Part shown: positions 29,295 through 40,745 of the stretch, piece after piece
How the letters are laid out: each line of letters starts with the position of its first letter
Position numbering within the stretch: position 1 is the first letter of the stretch
DNA from: a virus
Lineage: Duplodnaviria > Caudoviricetes
Length of the DNA stretch: 64,000 nt
IMG/VR virus record: IMGVR_UViG_3300035498_000179
Location: 4,941 to 68,940 of that record
Direction: 5' to 3' (one strand)
Made by a program: the position numbers and the translations under genes
Notes under the pieces: generated by a model
The model's database searches: none
What the model was told of the DNA's origin: nothing
What the model saw: only the letters and a program-made list of their open reading frames with translations

Positions 29295-30008
29295 ATGGAA
29301 GAAGAATGGCGAGTAATACAAAACACTAATGGTAAATATTCAGTGTCAAATCTAGGAAATGTTAAGAGAAACGAACATTACACTACTGCTATACCATCTT
29401 CACAGCATCCTAACGGAATGGTTATACACTATGTAGATCGTATATTACAACCATATATAAATGCTGAAGGGTATGCAATTGTTAAATTAACGATAGCCCG
29501 TGGTGATTCGCGCACTATAAAAGTTCACAATTTGGTTGCTAGAGAATTCATTCCAAACCCTAATAACTTTACACAAATTAATCACAAAAATGAAGTACGT
29601 GATGACAATCGTGTTGAAAATCTGGAGTGGTGCACACAGCAATATAATAGTAACTATGGTACACGTAATCAAAAGATATCGAAGACTTCGGGAATAAAGG
29701 TTGCACAGTACACTCAAGATGGAAAACTTATAAAAGTGTGGGATAGCATATTACAGGCATCAAAATCATTCGGTGTAAAGACAACAAGTAATATAAGCCG
29801 TGTATGTAAGGGAGTGCCTGGTAGAAAAACATATCGTGGTTTTGTGTGGAAATATGTTGACTCGAAAGTAATTGGTGATTCCGATCTGAAAACATAGATG
29901 CTAAAAAATAAAGCGATGCTGCTCGATTTAATAATAAATACGTTCTCGAGAGAAGAAAAATTAGAATTATATAATTGTTTAGAGGTGGATTTAAACAAAT
30001 GGAACTAA
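29295..30008 (+). CDS. Free-standing NUMOD4-HNH endonuclease (1 TAG at 29895)
   Basis: EEWRVI...YSVSNLGNVK (NUMOD4), VHNLVAREFIPNP...INHKNEVRDDNRVENLEWC (HNH) and a C-terminal NUMOD1-like segment. Confidence 0.88.
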
Positions 30009-30160
30009 GTCAATTAACAGATAGAGAACTGTTAGAAAGTATATATCTGATGTTAATACAGGTATATAACAAGATCAATAATGATGGTGAATCTCTAGCT
30101 ATCAATCTATTTGCAGACTTATTAGGTACACAACTAACAAAAATTACAGGATATGAATAG
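29999..30160 (+). CDS. Small protein (MELSQLTDRELLESIY...); TAG stop or 17-codon extension
   Basis: ATG at 29999; the TAG overlaps the start of the next gene. Confidence 0.6.
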   Translation: MELSQLTDRELLESIYLMLIQVYNKINNDGESLAINLFADLLGTQLTKITGYE

Positions 30161-33100
30161 GTAGAGTTTCCGAGAAAGAATGAAACAATACAAGTAGGCT
30201 AGGGAGAGTAATCCCTAGCTGAAGTATTGGGAATGGAAAGAGATTCCTAGATACGGTGATGGTACAGCCGCTGCAAATGCTAGAATAACTAAGGCTATTG
30301 CAGAAAAGCGTGCACAAGCGTTGTAGGAATCGAAGGATAGGGAATTGCCTACACCTGCATACAAAGGTGGCAAACGAAACCCGCAAACTGCATTTGAATT
30401 CCAAGCGCAAAAAACAGCATTGCTAGCTGATGTAGACAAGGAGATAAAAACAGTAGAACCGTATACAACAACTGTTGTAAATGGTAGGACTATTCCTGGA
30501 CAAATGGGATTTAATCAAAAATATATAAGGCAATACGGATTAAAATCTGCAGACGATGTAATGTCTGAATTGCAGGAAAAACGACGCAGGATTATAAATC
30601 TGCAGTATTCTCCTACAATAGGTGGTGCACTTGGTTCAACCTGTCTTGCCACATCTACTTCGTTCTATGGTCCCGAATATATAATGTATGCAAATAGCGA
30701 ATTCGTGAATACTCCTGCATCGAAAAGCGGTTTTAAAGAAATACCCATAAAAGACGTGGAACCATCAGATATTGTGATACGTACAGCAGATAATGGCAAC
30801 ATGCACGCGATGATGTTCAACCGCTATGACGAAAATGGTGAACGTAGATATAACCATAGTAATGGTGGTTACGAAGCAGAAAACATGCGTAAGGATGCTA
30901 AATACCCAGCCAGAGAAGATCAATTGCGGGCATTCAGATATACTGGTACACATCAAGATAGTATACAATGGGCTAAACCTAAACAGTACAGGGATGGTAC
31001 GGACGGAATTACTGACGATAGCGTCGAACCAAATAATTCATTATATCTCGGTAAGTCTGGCACAATGGATATTAGTGGTAAACCAGCATATCAAGACGCG
31101 TTAGGTAACTGGTCTATATATTATAACCCCAATCAAAACTTAGAAGACCAAAATATCTGGTTGCCAGAAGTGTCCGTTAAACCTAGTGGCGAAAACTACT
31201 GGCATTAGGCTGGTAAACAATTCGGTAACTTTGTGAAAGACGCAGCTTATTTTGCACCAGGGTTAGGTGTTGGTATGAATATAGTCGATGCGTATAACGC
31301 AGAAATGGAGGGTGACCATGCCAAGGCCGCAATACTTGGTGGTATGTCTGTGTTACCAATGCTTGGCAAAGCTTCACAATTCGGTTTATAGACTGCCGGT
31401 AGATTTGGTAATTCTTGGGCAAGGGCCAAGTTAATATCAGATGCTATTGTGCCTAAGACAGGTATTGGTGAACGATTAATCGCTCCTGCTGCACGTAAGA
31501 TAAACAAGGCATGGGATGAGAAAGTGAGATTCCCGTATATGCAGTATAAAAGACATGTGGCGTCTATTGGTGAACCGGGTCCTTTCGGTGAAATACAGTT
31601 TAGACCTAAAGAAGTTTTACACGATTTGGTGTAGAATAAATACGGAATTCCAAAAGAGATTTTACCAGATGCTAAGGAGACACTAGAAAAATTCCAAGAT
31701 AAATATAGAGGCTTTTAGCAATATTACCAAGATAGTCCTCTTTACGATCCTATAAAATTTCAAACCGCACTGAAAGGTTGGAGCACTAACGCGGACGGAT
31801 ATTATGATCCTCTAAGAGCTTACGAAATTAAAAGAATATTTAATGAGGATCCAAGATATTTCGATTACGTTGCAAAATTTGGTGGTAATCCTCTGGATTA
31901 GAAAACTGTTGACGCATTTATAAAAAAATAGTTTAGAAGTGTTCGTGGAGCAAGATCCTATACCGATGAATACTTTGAACTATTTCCTGAGCACCGTGGA
32001 GATGAAATGAATTATCCATCTGATCGCAGTATAGGCAAGATTTTAACTGAAAACTCTGAAGGACATACAGGTGGTGATAGACTTGGCACGAATGCTACAG
32101 GTATATATACATCAAATAGCTCCGGAATTATGGACACGTTTCAAAGACCTTTTGATGCGGGACGTGGTGATGTTGTGTCTACAGCAGCTATTCTAGAATT
32201 TCCGTATGAAAACGACACAAACTTACCAATAATATAGCAACTTCGTAATGCACGAGGCGCGATTTATGATTATGACTTAATGCCGCATAATGATGACCTG
32301 CAGGAACTTGCTAAATTAGGATATGTTGCAAAACAAGCGGTATATTCAAATAGATTTGGCCAGACGATTCCTGCTTTCGAGCGTGCATATTTTGGCAGCG
32401 TACCTAATAAAAAATTACTCAACATCGTAAACAGTATAGACAGCCGGGGGTTACAAAATAAAGGTGGCCGATGGGGATTTAAAGGATTCGAATCAGACGA
32501 GGTATTAGAATCGCAATTATTTGCAGGTGCTAACATCGGATACTCGTCCTGGGATTACGAACGTGCTGCAAACACAGTATTAAAGCTTCGCAAGCCTGTA
32601 GATAATCCAGAATTTAACAAAAAAGTTCAAGAAATTTGGACCAATCATGTGCCAATATGGTAGGGCCAAGATTTTGATAGAGGTTTAAAAAAAGTTAGGT
32701 TTACAAAAAACCGCCAAAATCTAAAAGACTTCTCTGAAAATTTTGCTATGGCTGGAATGGGAATAGGTACATTTGGTGGGATATTCGGACCAATAATTTA
32801 CGGTTTAGCCGCATAGAATGATCCAGAGTATAACGAGTTTATTCAAAAATATAACATTGACGACACAAAAATCAAGCACGGTCGTAAAGATAAATTATAG
32901 GAAATATTACACGATCAAGGGGTAAATGCCGCATTAAATTACGTGGAGAGTGTGCTTGGCAGCTCTTACGAAAATGTAACGGTTTAGCCTGAGCGTAAAT
33001 CAAAAGGTGGTATAATCGGCTACGACGGTGGTTCTGATGGTATTCCCTATCAGCCTCATTCTGAAATCCAATGGTATAGAGATAAAGATGGTAAACTAAG

Positions 33101-34112
33101 ATAGCGTGTTACACCAGGTAATGGGTTCTTATCCGCAGCTGACCCAGTTAGTCAAGCTTACCTCGAAGGAGTTGCTCTAGGCCCTATAGCTAATAAACTG
33201 TTTAGAGCTGGTAAAGATATACTAAAGAAGGGTGTTTAGAAGTTGCTACCTAAGACAGCTAATAAAGCGTTAGCCAATACAGCGGCCACTACAGTTACAG
33301 ATGTGCCATTATATGATATCGCTAGCGATGAAAGTAAAGCGTTAATAGATAACACCTTTGCGACAGGTATTAATAATTACACCGATTATCTGAATTCACA
33401 ATGGGCGCGGAAATAGCTGAATCACATATATAACAGCGGTGAAGGAGTTGTTGGTAGAAAAGCAGCAGATGACTACGCTTTACCTATTAGCACCTTTAAA
33501 ATGAAAGCCAGTGTAAAAACACCGGAGAAACCGTATGGCCAGTTTAATCTGAATTACGAAGCTGGCGACGGTAGTGCTATTGCTGCAACACCGTGGACAC
33601 CCGGTAAGGACTTCACGCTTTATGATGGTTACATGATGGATGCTGTTGATCAAACTGGCTTACCTAGACTTTACCAAATAGCTGGACATGAAGCATCACA
33701 CTGGTTAGATAAGGAAGTTGGATATAATGCTGATAGATTCCTTGAGCATCTTGCAGATAAAAGTAATATGCTCAACCTTAAAGACTGGACGGCTAAAATG
33801 AAAGCTGCTGGTCGATTTATAGATAAAACCGATGACCAAATCGCAAATTATTATAATTACCTTACTAGGCCAACTGAGGTTAAGGCGTACCTTAGCGAGA
33901 TACCTAGAACCAACTTCGTAAACGGTATGGAAGACTTAATGCCTTATAAGAATTTTGAAGAAATGCAGGAAGCTGCTAAAGGCATGTCATTACAAGTAGG
34001 TGATATACTCAACTTATACGCTGATAAACAAAAAGCATTTAACAACTTGAAACGATTACTATGGAGCTCCCCAAGTTTAATGATGCTAAACAAGAAGAAT
34101 AAATCTAATTAA
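30153..34112 (+). CDS. Large multidomain virion/ejection-type protein, code 15 (~18 TAG), 1319 aa
   Basis: Track ORFs 30345, 31449, 32007, 32280 and 33501 share one frame and are separated only by TAG. It has a Cys/His region (GSTCLA...DIVIR...HAMMF) and a C-terminal HEASH motif. Confidence 0.8.
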
Positions 34113-34122
34113 TATATTAATT

Positions 34123-35274
34123 ATGGATAACAAACAAGATACTACATTGGGTGGATTTGAAGCGATCTTAGGATCAATGATCCCCAATTACACAGACCCC
34201 AACATCAATAATACAGATAATGAACCGTTGGACGACGACGATCTGGAAGACATCAAGAAGAATCAGGTAGATCCTGTGGCAGACAAGGTAAAGCCTAAGA
34301 AGGAAGAAGAAATCGAAGACGAACTTGAAGAAGACCCCGAAGAAGATCCTACAGAAATTGAAGAACCTGAAGATAAGAAAAGCAAGAAAGATACCAAGGT
34401 TGACGACAAACAGGACGATACTACTAATACGTTCGACGCCAACGAGATGGTAACTGGTTTCTTTGATGCATTGTCAGAGCAGTTGGGTTGGGACGATGAA
34501 GAAGAGGATAAGAAGCCTAAGACTGTTGAAGAGTTGATCACTTACTTCCATAATGTAATCGATGAGAACAGTAAACCGGAATATGCTAGCGACGAAATTG
34601 AACAGTTGAATGAGTTTGTCAAGAATGGTGGTGATCTCCGCAAGTACTTAACTATTGATGCCGAAGTAGACCTTGAAGACATCGATATCGAAGATGAAAA
34701 TAATCAGAAGTTGTTAGTAAAGCAGTTGCTTAAGGAAAAGGGCTTCAGTGATAAACAGATTGCCAAGAAGATCAGTAAGTATGAAGACGCTGGTTTACTT
34801 GAGGAAGAAGCTGAGGATGCACTTGAAGACCTTAAGGAAATTAATGAGAAGAAGAAGCAAGAGCTATTAGAAAATTAGAAATTGCTCCAGGCACAACGAG
34901 TAAAGCAGCAACGAATGTTTTACACCAGCGTTGTGGATGGGATAAAAGAATTAAAAGATATACGTGGTATCGCAGTACCTGAGAAGGACAAAAGAACCTT
35001 GATGGATTATATACTCAAGCCAGATGCTGACGGTAGAACTAAGTATCAAAAAGATTACGAAAAGGGTGGTATTAAGAACCTGATTGAATCAGCGTACTTC
35101 ACTATGAATGCTGACAAGTTATTAGCTTCTGCTACGCGTAAAGGTAACAATGCTGCCATTGATCGCTTTAAGCAGAGCTTGTCCAATAGCAAGGTCTCAA
35201 AGACACAGCTCAATCGTAGAGATAAAGATACTGACTCAATCTGGACTAGTGCAATCAGACAGCTACGATCTTAA
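34123..35274 (+). CDS. Acidic protein upstream of MCP, probable scaffolding protein (1 TAG at 34876)
   Basis: Asp/Glu-rich, 383 aa after joining, positioned directly before the capsid gene. Confidence 0.7.
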
Positions 35275-35317
35275 TGCCTACGTATATTATACAGATAATT
35301 AAATTATAATTTATTTT

Positions 35318-36784
35318 ATGGATAACGGTATTTTAAATAACCTTACACTTTATAAAGGAAAGTGGTTTTCCGATCTGATCGATACTAACAAGATCAGCAT
35401 GGCTAGCCAGCAGAGACCTTATGAAGTGTCTACAGTTCTTTCTTACGTATTTGGTACTAAGGATGCTGGTTATAGCACGTCTTTGGATATGCTGACTGGT
35501 GGTCTTGGTAACGTACTGACTATCGACCAGCCCTCTTGGGAATGGGGTGTAATGATTGATCAGGACCGTGCAGTTACGATTCGTGACGCTAAGTGGATGG
35601 GTGAGTCTATCGCTGATAACTCTACTCCGGGTCTGAACAATACGCCTATTACTCTGTGGTTGGAAGATGCTTGGTTCGGTCCTGGTGCAACTATCGAGCT
35701 GGATGACAAGAGCCAGCTGCGTATTCAGGATGCACCTTACCAGGATGGTAATCTGTCAGTTTATACTGCATTTATCTCTAACGGTAACCCTGCATCGTAT
35801 ATCGATCCTGAAATGTTGAAAGCTGGTCATCAGGTTTCTCGTTTGGCATCTTCTTACGAAGAGTACAGTGAAGAGGCTGATATCCTGAACTACAATACTC
35901 ATTTCAAGATGCGTAATTACTTGACTACTATGCGTCTTTCTTATGATATTACTGGTTCAGCTTACTCTACTGTAATGACCATCGCTTTGAAGGATCCCAA
36001 GACTGGTAAGACTTCTTACTTGTGGGCACCGTATCAGGAATGGGTCGCAATGCGTGAGTGGTACAAGCGTATGGAACGTGGTTTGGTTTACAACGTGAAC
36101 AATGTTAACAAGGATGGTTCTTGCAACGTAAAGGGTAAGAATGGCCGTCCCGCATTCCAGGGTGCTGGTTTGTTGGAACAGATTGCTCCGTCTAACCGTC
36201 GTTACTACACTCGTCTGACTGCAGAATTGCTGGAAGACTTCCTGTTCGACCTGTCTTACAATGTACTTGGTACTAACGAGCGTAAGTTCGTTGCATTGAC
36301 TGGTGAAATGGGTATGCGCGAATTTGACCGTATTTTGAAGGAGAAGGTTGCTAATCTGCAGCTGACTGATACTGTATTCGTTACTGGTTCTGGTGATAGC
36401 TTGACCTTCGGTGGTCAGTTCAAGACCTATAAGATGACTAACGGTATCGAGTTGACGCTGAAGTACTTCCCGTTGTATGACAATCTGGTTTACAACCGTC
36501 AGTTGCATCCTGTAACGCTGAAGCCGCTGGAATCTTATCGTATGACGTTCCTTGACCTGGGCCGCCGTGATGGTGAAGCTAACGTGGTTAAGGTTGTACG
36601 CAAGGACCGCGAGTTCATCAACTGGTGTACTGCTGGTGCTGTAACTCCTGCTGGTTATGCACACTCTAACACGGAAGTTCGTAGTAATGCGAAGGACGGC
36701 TATAGCGTACATTTCCTTGGCGAATGTGGTATCATGCTTCGTGATCCTCGCGCCTGCGGAGAGTTGATCATGTTGAGTGAGTAA
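35318..36784 (+). CDS. Major capsid protein (crAss-like)
   Basis: 488 aa with strong codon bias and no TAG. N-terminus MDNGILNNLTLYKGKWFSDLID and C-terminus IMLRDPRACGELIM resemble crAss MCPs (recalled). Confidence 0.9.
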   Translation: MDNGILNNLTLYKGKWFSDLIDTNKISMASQQRPYEVSTVLSYVFGTKDAGYSTSLDMLTGGLGNVLTIDQPSWEWGVMIDQDRAVTIRDAKWMGESIADNSTPGLNNTPITLWLEDAWFGPGATIELDDKSQLRIQDAPYQDGNLSVYTAFISNGNPASYIDPEMLKAGHQVSRLASSYEEYSEEADILNYNTHFKMRNYLTTMRLSYDITGSAYSTVMTIALKDPKTGKTSYLWAPYQEWVAMREWYKRMERGLVYNVNNVNKDGSCNVKGKNGRPAFQGAGLLEQIAPSNRRYYTRLTAELLEDFLFDLSYNVLGTNERKFVALTGEMGMREFDRILKEKVANLQLTDTVFVTGSGDSLTFGGQFKTYKMTNGIELTLKYFPLYDNLVYNRQLHPVTLKPLESYRMTFLDLGRRDGEANVVKVVRKDREFINWCTAGAVTPAGYAHSNTEVRSNAKDGYSVHFLGECGIMLRDPRACGELIMLSE

Positions 36785-36813
36785 CCCGGCATCAAAAATA
36801 ATTTCAAATTATT

Positions 36814-36843
36814 AGCAACTTTTTATGCTTGCTTACGTTATAG
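36814..36843 (+). promoter_or_regulatory. ECF-type promoter AGCAAC-N16-CGTTATAG
   Basis: Between the MCP stop and the GIY-YIG start. Confidence 0.65.
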
Positions 36844-36869
36844 TATGTGAATACTAAAAATTCACATCT

Positions 36870-37529
36870 ATGGAAAGTTTAGAAGTATACAAAATCACAA
36901 ATAAAGTTACTAATAAGATTTATATAGGGATAACAAATCAAGGCTCCGGTATAAGATATCGACACCATTGGTATGAATCTCGTATCGGAGATCCTTGCCC
37001 TATACACAAATCTATGGCCAAGTATGGCGAAGAGAACTTCACACTAGAAGTGATTGACTTCGCAGATACATATGACGAGCTAAAAGAAAAAGAGAAATAC
37101 TGGATTAAGTTTTACAATTCCATGGATCGTTCGATCGGATATAACCTCACTGAAGGAGGCGATGGTACTTTCGGTAGAATGCATTCTGAAGAAACTAAAG
37201 AGAAGATCAGACAAAAGGCAATCGGTCGCAGGGCATCTGATGAAACTAAACGAAAGATGTCAGAGAGTCGCAAAGGTAGATGTTCCGAAAAACAGAGAGT
37301 CCACTTGAAAGATATGATAATGACTTATTCTGCGAAACCAGTTGAACAATACACGAAGACCGGTGAATATATTGTAACTTACGAATCGATTATAGCAGCA
37401 AGTCGTGCAACAGGCATCAATCGTGATACCATTAGTAAACAACTAAAACGTACTGATTTAAATCCTGCTGACTGGAGAGTAAAATTTATCTGGAAATACG
37501 CTAATACTGATACAGCATTAGCAGCATAA
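36870..37529 (+). CDS. Free-standing GIY-YIG homing endonuclease with NUMOD3-like repeats
   Basis: VYKITNKVTNKIYIG...EKYWIK...GYNLTEGGDG...HSEETKEKIR...ASDETKRKMSES. Confidence 0.9.
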   Translation: MESLEVYKITNKVTNKIYIGITNQGSGIRYRHHWYESRIGDPCPIHKSMAKYGEENFTLEVIDFADTYDELKEKEKYWIKFYNSMDRSIGYNLTEGGDGTFGRMHSEETKEKIRQKAIGRRASDETKRKMSESRKGRCSEKQRVHLKDMIMTYSAKPVEQYTKTGEYIVTYESIIAASRATGINRDTISKQLKRTDLNPADWRVKFIWKYANTDTALAA

Positions 37530-37556
37530 CTGAACAATCTAATATTGAATAATATT

Positions 37557-38309
37557 ATGGAAGTAATCGTTAGAATGACAAAAGTAAACCCTTGGACCGG
37601 GTTGATTAAATGGTCTAATTGTTTTGATTATCTTGGTTCTTACTGGACTAGATCTGGTAGCAGATACACTGGTTTAACTAAGGAACAGCAGGCTGATATG
37701 GAATCAAAGTTACGCTTTGAACCTGGTACACTCAGCCCTGATTCTACTTACTGGGATACATTCGCTATCAAGATTGGTAAGAATGATTTGATAATCAACA
37801 CTGATACTCCCGAAGGTGAGTTACAGTACTTATTCCTTAAAGGTCACAAGCGCGTAGCTGTGGGCTTGAATAAAGTATCACCTTCAACAGACTACGTTCT
37901 GATTAATAAAGAAGCTGAAGCAGAACAAACCAATCGAGTTAATAAGGTTAAGCGTGATGCATTTAGATCTCTGGATAAGATGAATCTTGAGGAAATGCGT
38001 AAGTGCCTTAGACTGTTTGGTGTTAAAGCAGATACCCTTTCTAATGAAATGGTTGAGGCTAAACTTACAGAGCTGATTGAAAAAGATCCCGCTAAGTACA
38101 TCCGTATTTGGGTAGAGAATCCTAATAAGGAATTCAACTATATGGTTGAAGAAGCTCTGAGCAAAAATATTATACGTAAAAATAGATCCGCATATTACTT
38201 TGGTACTGACCTTATTGGTAATGGTATTGATGACGTGATTGCATACTTAAAGGATAAGAAAAACCAGGATATTTTCTTGGCCATCCAATCTGAGATCAAA
38301 TCTAAATAA
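37557..38309 (+). CDS. Conserved crAss-like structural-region protein
   Basis: Likely start MEVIVRMTKVNPW; no TAG. Confidence 0.75.
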   Translation: MEVIVRMTKVNPWTGLIKWSNCFDYLGSYWTRSGSRYTGLTKEQQADMESKLRFEPGTLSPDSTYWDTFAIKIGKNDLIINTDTPEGELQYLFLKGHKRVAVGLNKVSPSTDYVLINKEAEAEQTNRVNKVKRDAFRSLDKMNLEEMRKCLRLFGVKADTLSNEMVEAKLTELIEKDPAKYIRIWVENPNKEFNYMVEEALSKNIIRKNRSAYYFGTDLIGNGIDDVIAYLKDKKNQDIFLAIQSEIKSK

Positions 38310-38311
38310 TT

Positions 38312-39010
38312 ATGACTAGAGAAGAATTACACACCGCATTTAAAGTAGAAATCGATAAGAATTCAAAGAGTATTGCCTTTGGCGGTTGCCCTGCATTCTT
38401 AGATGAAGAAATAGACTACTGGTTGAATCAAGCTACTATTACTGTGGTTAATACTAAATTTACTGGTAATAACACATTGCAGCAAGCTTTTGAAGGTAGT
38501 GTAAAGCGTATCTAGGATTTAGAGAAATTGGTCAAGACTGATAAAAACACAAGTTGCAGTACAGAAGACAATACTAATCGTATCGTATTTAACAACCTGT
38601 GTACTACTGAAAAAAATAGAATGTTCTTCGTAAACGCAGTGGTCCATTGGACAGAACCTACAAGCGATCGTAAACCGCAGACTACAGCAAGGTTGATAGA
38701 TCATGAGGTGGCTAATCGGTTCCTTGAGACTTATAACAACAAACCGTGGATTGACATTCCTGTTGCAACTGTTGAAAACAATACACTATATATATATATT
38801 GACACAGATACGATGAAGTCGCCGTATACAGTAGATATCACTTACATCAAATACCCTACTAAAGTTGAAAATCTTGGTACAGGTGGCATGACTGAAATAC
38901 CAGAGTATATGCAATATGAAATAGTTAATAAGGCTGCGTTACTCGCATTAGAAGATATAGAATCGAAGCGTACGCAAACCAAACAATCACTTAATACAAT
39001 TAGCGAATAA
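38312..39010 (+). CDS. Tail/neck ring-type protein (1 TAG at 38513)
   Basis: Two track ORFs join at KRI[Q]DLEKLVK. Shares the Y.K.P...E.PE..H.EIV motif with the next two genes. Confidence 0.7.
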
Positions 39011-39927
39011 TGAAGACCGCAAAAGAATTTCAAGTAGAATTTGAAAGACGTATTACGTTGATGAATCCTGACTTCGAGTTGAAGGAGAAGCTTACGTCTG
39101 ATACTATATTTTCATTTCTTAACGCATATACCGAACGATTCGTACGCGACAATTACTTACGTGAAGACCAGGTAGCTGACGGCACTCGTTCACAGAAGAA
39201 GAATCAGGATGCTTTAAAGGGTTTGATTGTACGTACTACTTTATCACCTGTTACAAAGTATAGTACGGCAAGTACGGAGTCTGTGACAGTGTCTGTTACC
39301 ACAAAGGATGATGCTGGTAAGGAAACAACTACATCGAGTAATGTCGCTTCAGTAGCTGTAACTACTAAGTATACTGATGGTACTACCACTACTGAGAATA
39401 CTTCTACCACTACTAACACTACTGCAGAATTTTCAGATACAGATTGTTCTTCTACTAAGTTTATATTACCGAGTGATTACTTTTTATATATCCGTAGTAA
39501 CAGTAAACTGAGTCAAACTTACAAAGGTGCTGTTAGTGCTGATGGTGATGCACATTTAGCAATTACTAGTAATAAGACTATTCGTGAAGATGACGTATGG
39601 CATGTTCTGAGCACTTTTGATAATAAGGCAATCTTACGTAATCCTTATGTAGTACTGAACTCTGGCCAGAACAATGACATATCTGAAGACATCTATCTGA
39701 ACGTAATCCATGATACTTACACTAAAATCGCAGCAGTAGACTTGGTTTACTATCGTAAGCCTAAAAAGTTCAATGTGATTGGTGTAGACAATGTAGAAGT
39801 GTTGGATCACTGCGAGCTGCCTGAGAACGTACATATGGAAATCGTTGAAGGTGCCGTAGAGATGTTTATCGTAGAAAATAGATATAGACTGTCTGGTAAT
39901 AGTAATAAGAATTCTAACAATCAGTAA
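39010..39927 (+). CDS. Tail/neck ring-type protein with a Thr-rich insert
   Basis: YYRKPKKF...CELPENVHMEIVEGAV motif. Confidence 0.7.
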   Translation: MKTAKEFQVEFERRITLMNPDFELKEKLTSDTIFSFLNAYTERFVRDNYLREDQVADGTRSQKKNQDALKGLIVRTTLSPVTKYSTASTESVTVSVTTKDDAGKETTTSSNVASVAVTTKYTDGTTTTENTSTTTNTTAEFSDTDCSSTKFILPSDYFLYIRSNSKLSQTYKGAVSADGDAHLAITSNKTIREDDVWHVLSTFDNKAILRNPYVVLNSGQNNDISEDIYLNVIHDTYTKIAAVDLVYYRKPKKFNVIGVDNVEVLDHCELPENVHMEIVEGAVEMFIVENRYRLSGNSNKNSNNQ

Positions 39928-39929
39928 TC

Positions 39930-40655
39930 ATGACATTCATAGAACTTCAAGAAGCATTTGAGTTAGAAATAAACGTATTAGATGATGCGTTTAAGAAACC
40001 CAAATCGTCCGATATTGAGTGGTGGTTGAACCGTGGACTGGAGAAGTTCTGGAAAACTAGATACTCTGGCATCAACTATAAGCAGAAAGGGTTTGAACAA
40101 AATCAGAAGCGTATCGACGATCTTAGAACTCTTGTTACTAAGAAATCATACGCAGATGCTGATATAACAACTACCAGTAAGTCCGAATATGATGTAACAC
40201 TCCCAAACGATTACGTTGTGTTACTTGGTGATACTGCTGGTATATCCCCTGCTGATGGTGAAATAAACGACTGTTGGGAAACAGACGAAGACGGTGAATA
40301 TGTAGTAAAGACTACTGATACTATAGAAACTACGATAGAGACTATAGACCGTCAGTTGGAAAATTCATTATCAGAACACCACTTAAAATATTGTAAAGCT
40401 AAACCGCTCAAATTGCTGTATGGCAATCAGATAAGGCTTTACACAGACGGTAATTACAAAGTTGCTAAATACGATATATTGTATTTAAAGCAACCGAAAT
40501 ACATCGATATTCATTCTGAACCGTTTGATGATTATACAGATATGCCTGAGCATACACATTCAGAGATAGTAAAGATTGCTGCTCAGATGTATCTAGAGAA
40601 TCAAGCTAATCCGCGTATTCAAACTCATGACGCTGAGGTTAGCACAATGGAATAA
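39930..40655 (+). CDS. Tail/neck ring-type protein
   Basis: YLKQPKYI...DMPEHTHSEIVKIAAQMYLE motif. Confidence 0.7.
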   Translation: MTFIELQEAFELEINVLDDAFKKPKSSDIEWWLNRGLEKFWKTRYSGINYKQKGFEQNQKRIDDLRTLVTKKSYADADITTTSKSEYDVTLPNDYVVLLGDTAGISPADGEINDCWETDEDGEYVVKTTDTIETTIETIDRQLENSLSEHHLKYCKAKPLKLLYGNQIRLYTDGNYKVAKYDILYLKQPKYIDIHSEPFDDYTDMPEHTHSEIVKIAAQMYLENQANPRIQTHDAEVSTME

Positions 40656-40745
40656 ATTAATGCGCTTGATCGACGTGGAAATTCGAATAGAAAAGTAGAA
40701 GACAAGCAGACTGGCGCTAAGTCTAACAACAATTAATTATAATCT

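Noticed and set aside
35957-36712. Long antisense ORFs (also 5502-5813, 5904-6506, 40770-41261, 46366-47181)
   Set aside because: They are shadows of strongly codon-biased genes on the opposite strand and have no motifs or leaders.
36784-37556. Group I intron in the capsid gene carrying the GIY-YIG
   Set aside because: The MCP ends with a complete-looking C-terminus and TAA, and I found no P3/P7 core flanking the endonuclease.
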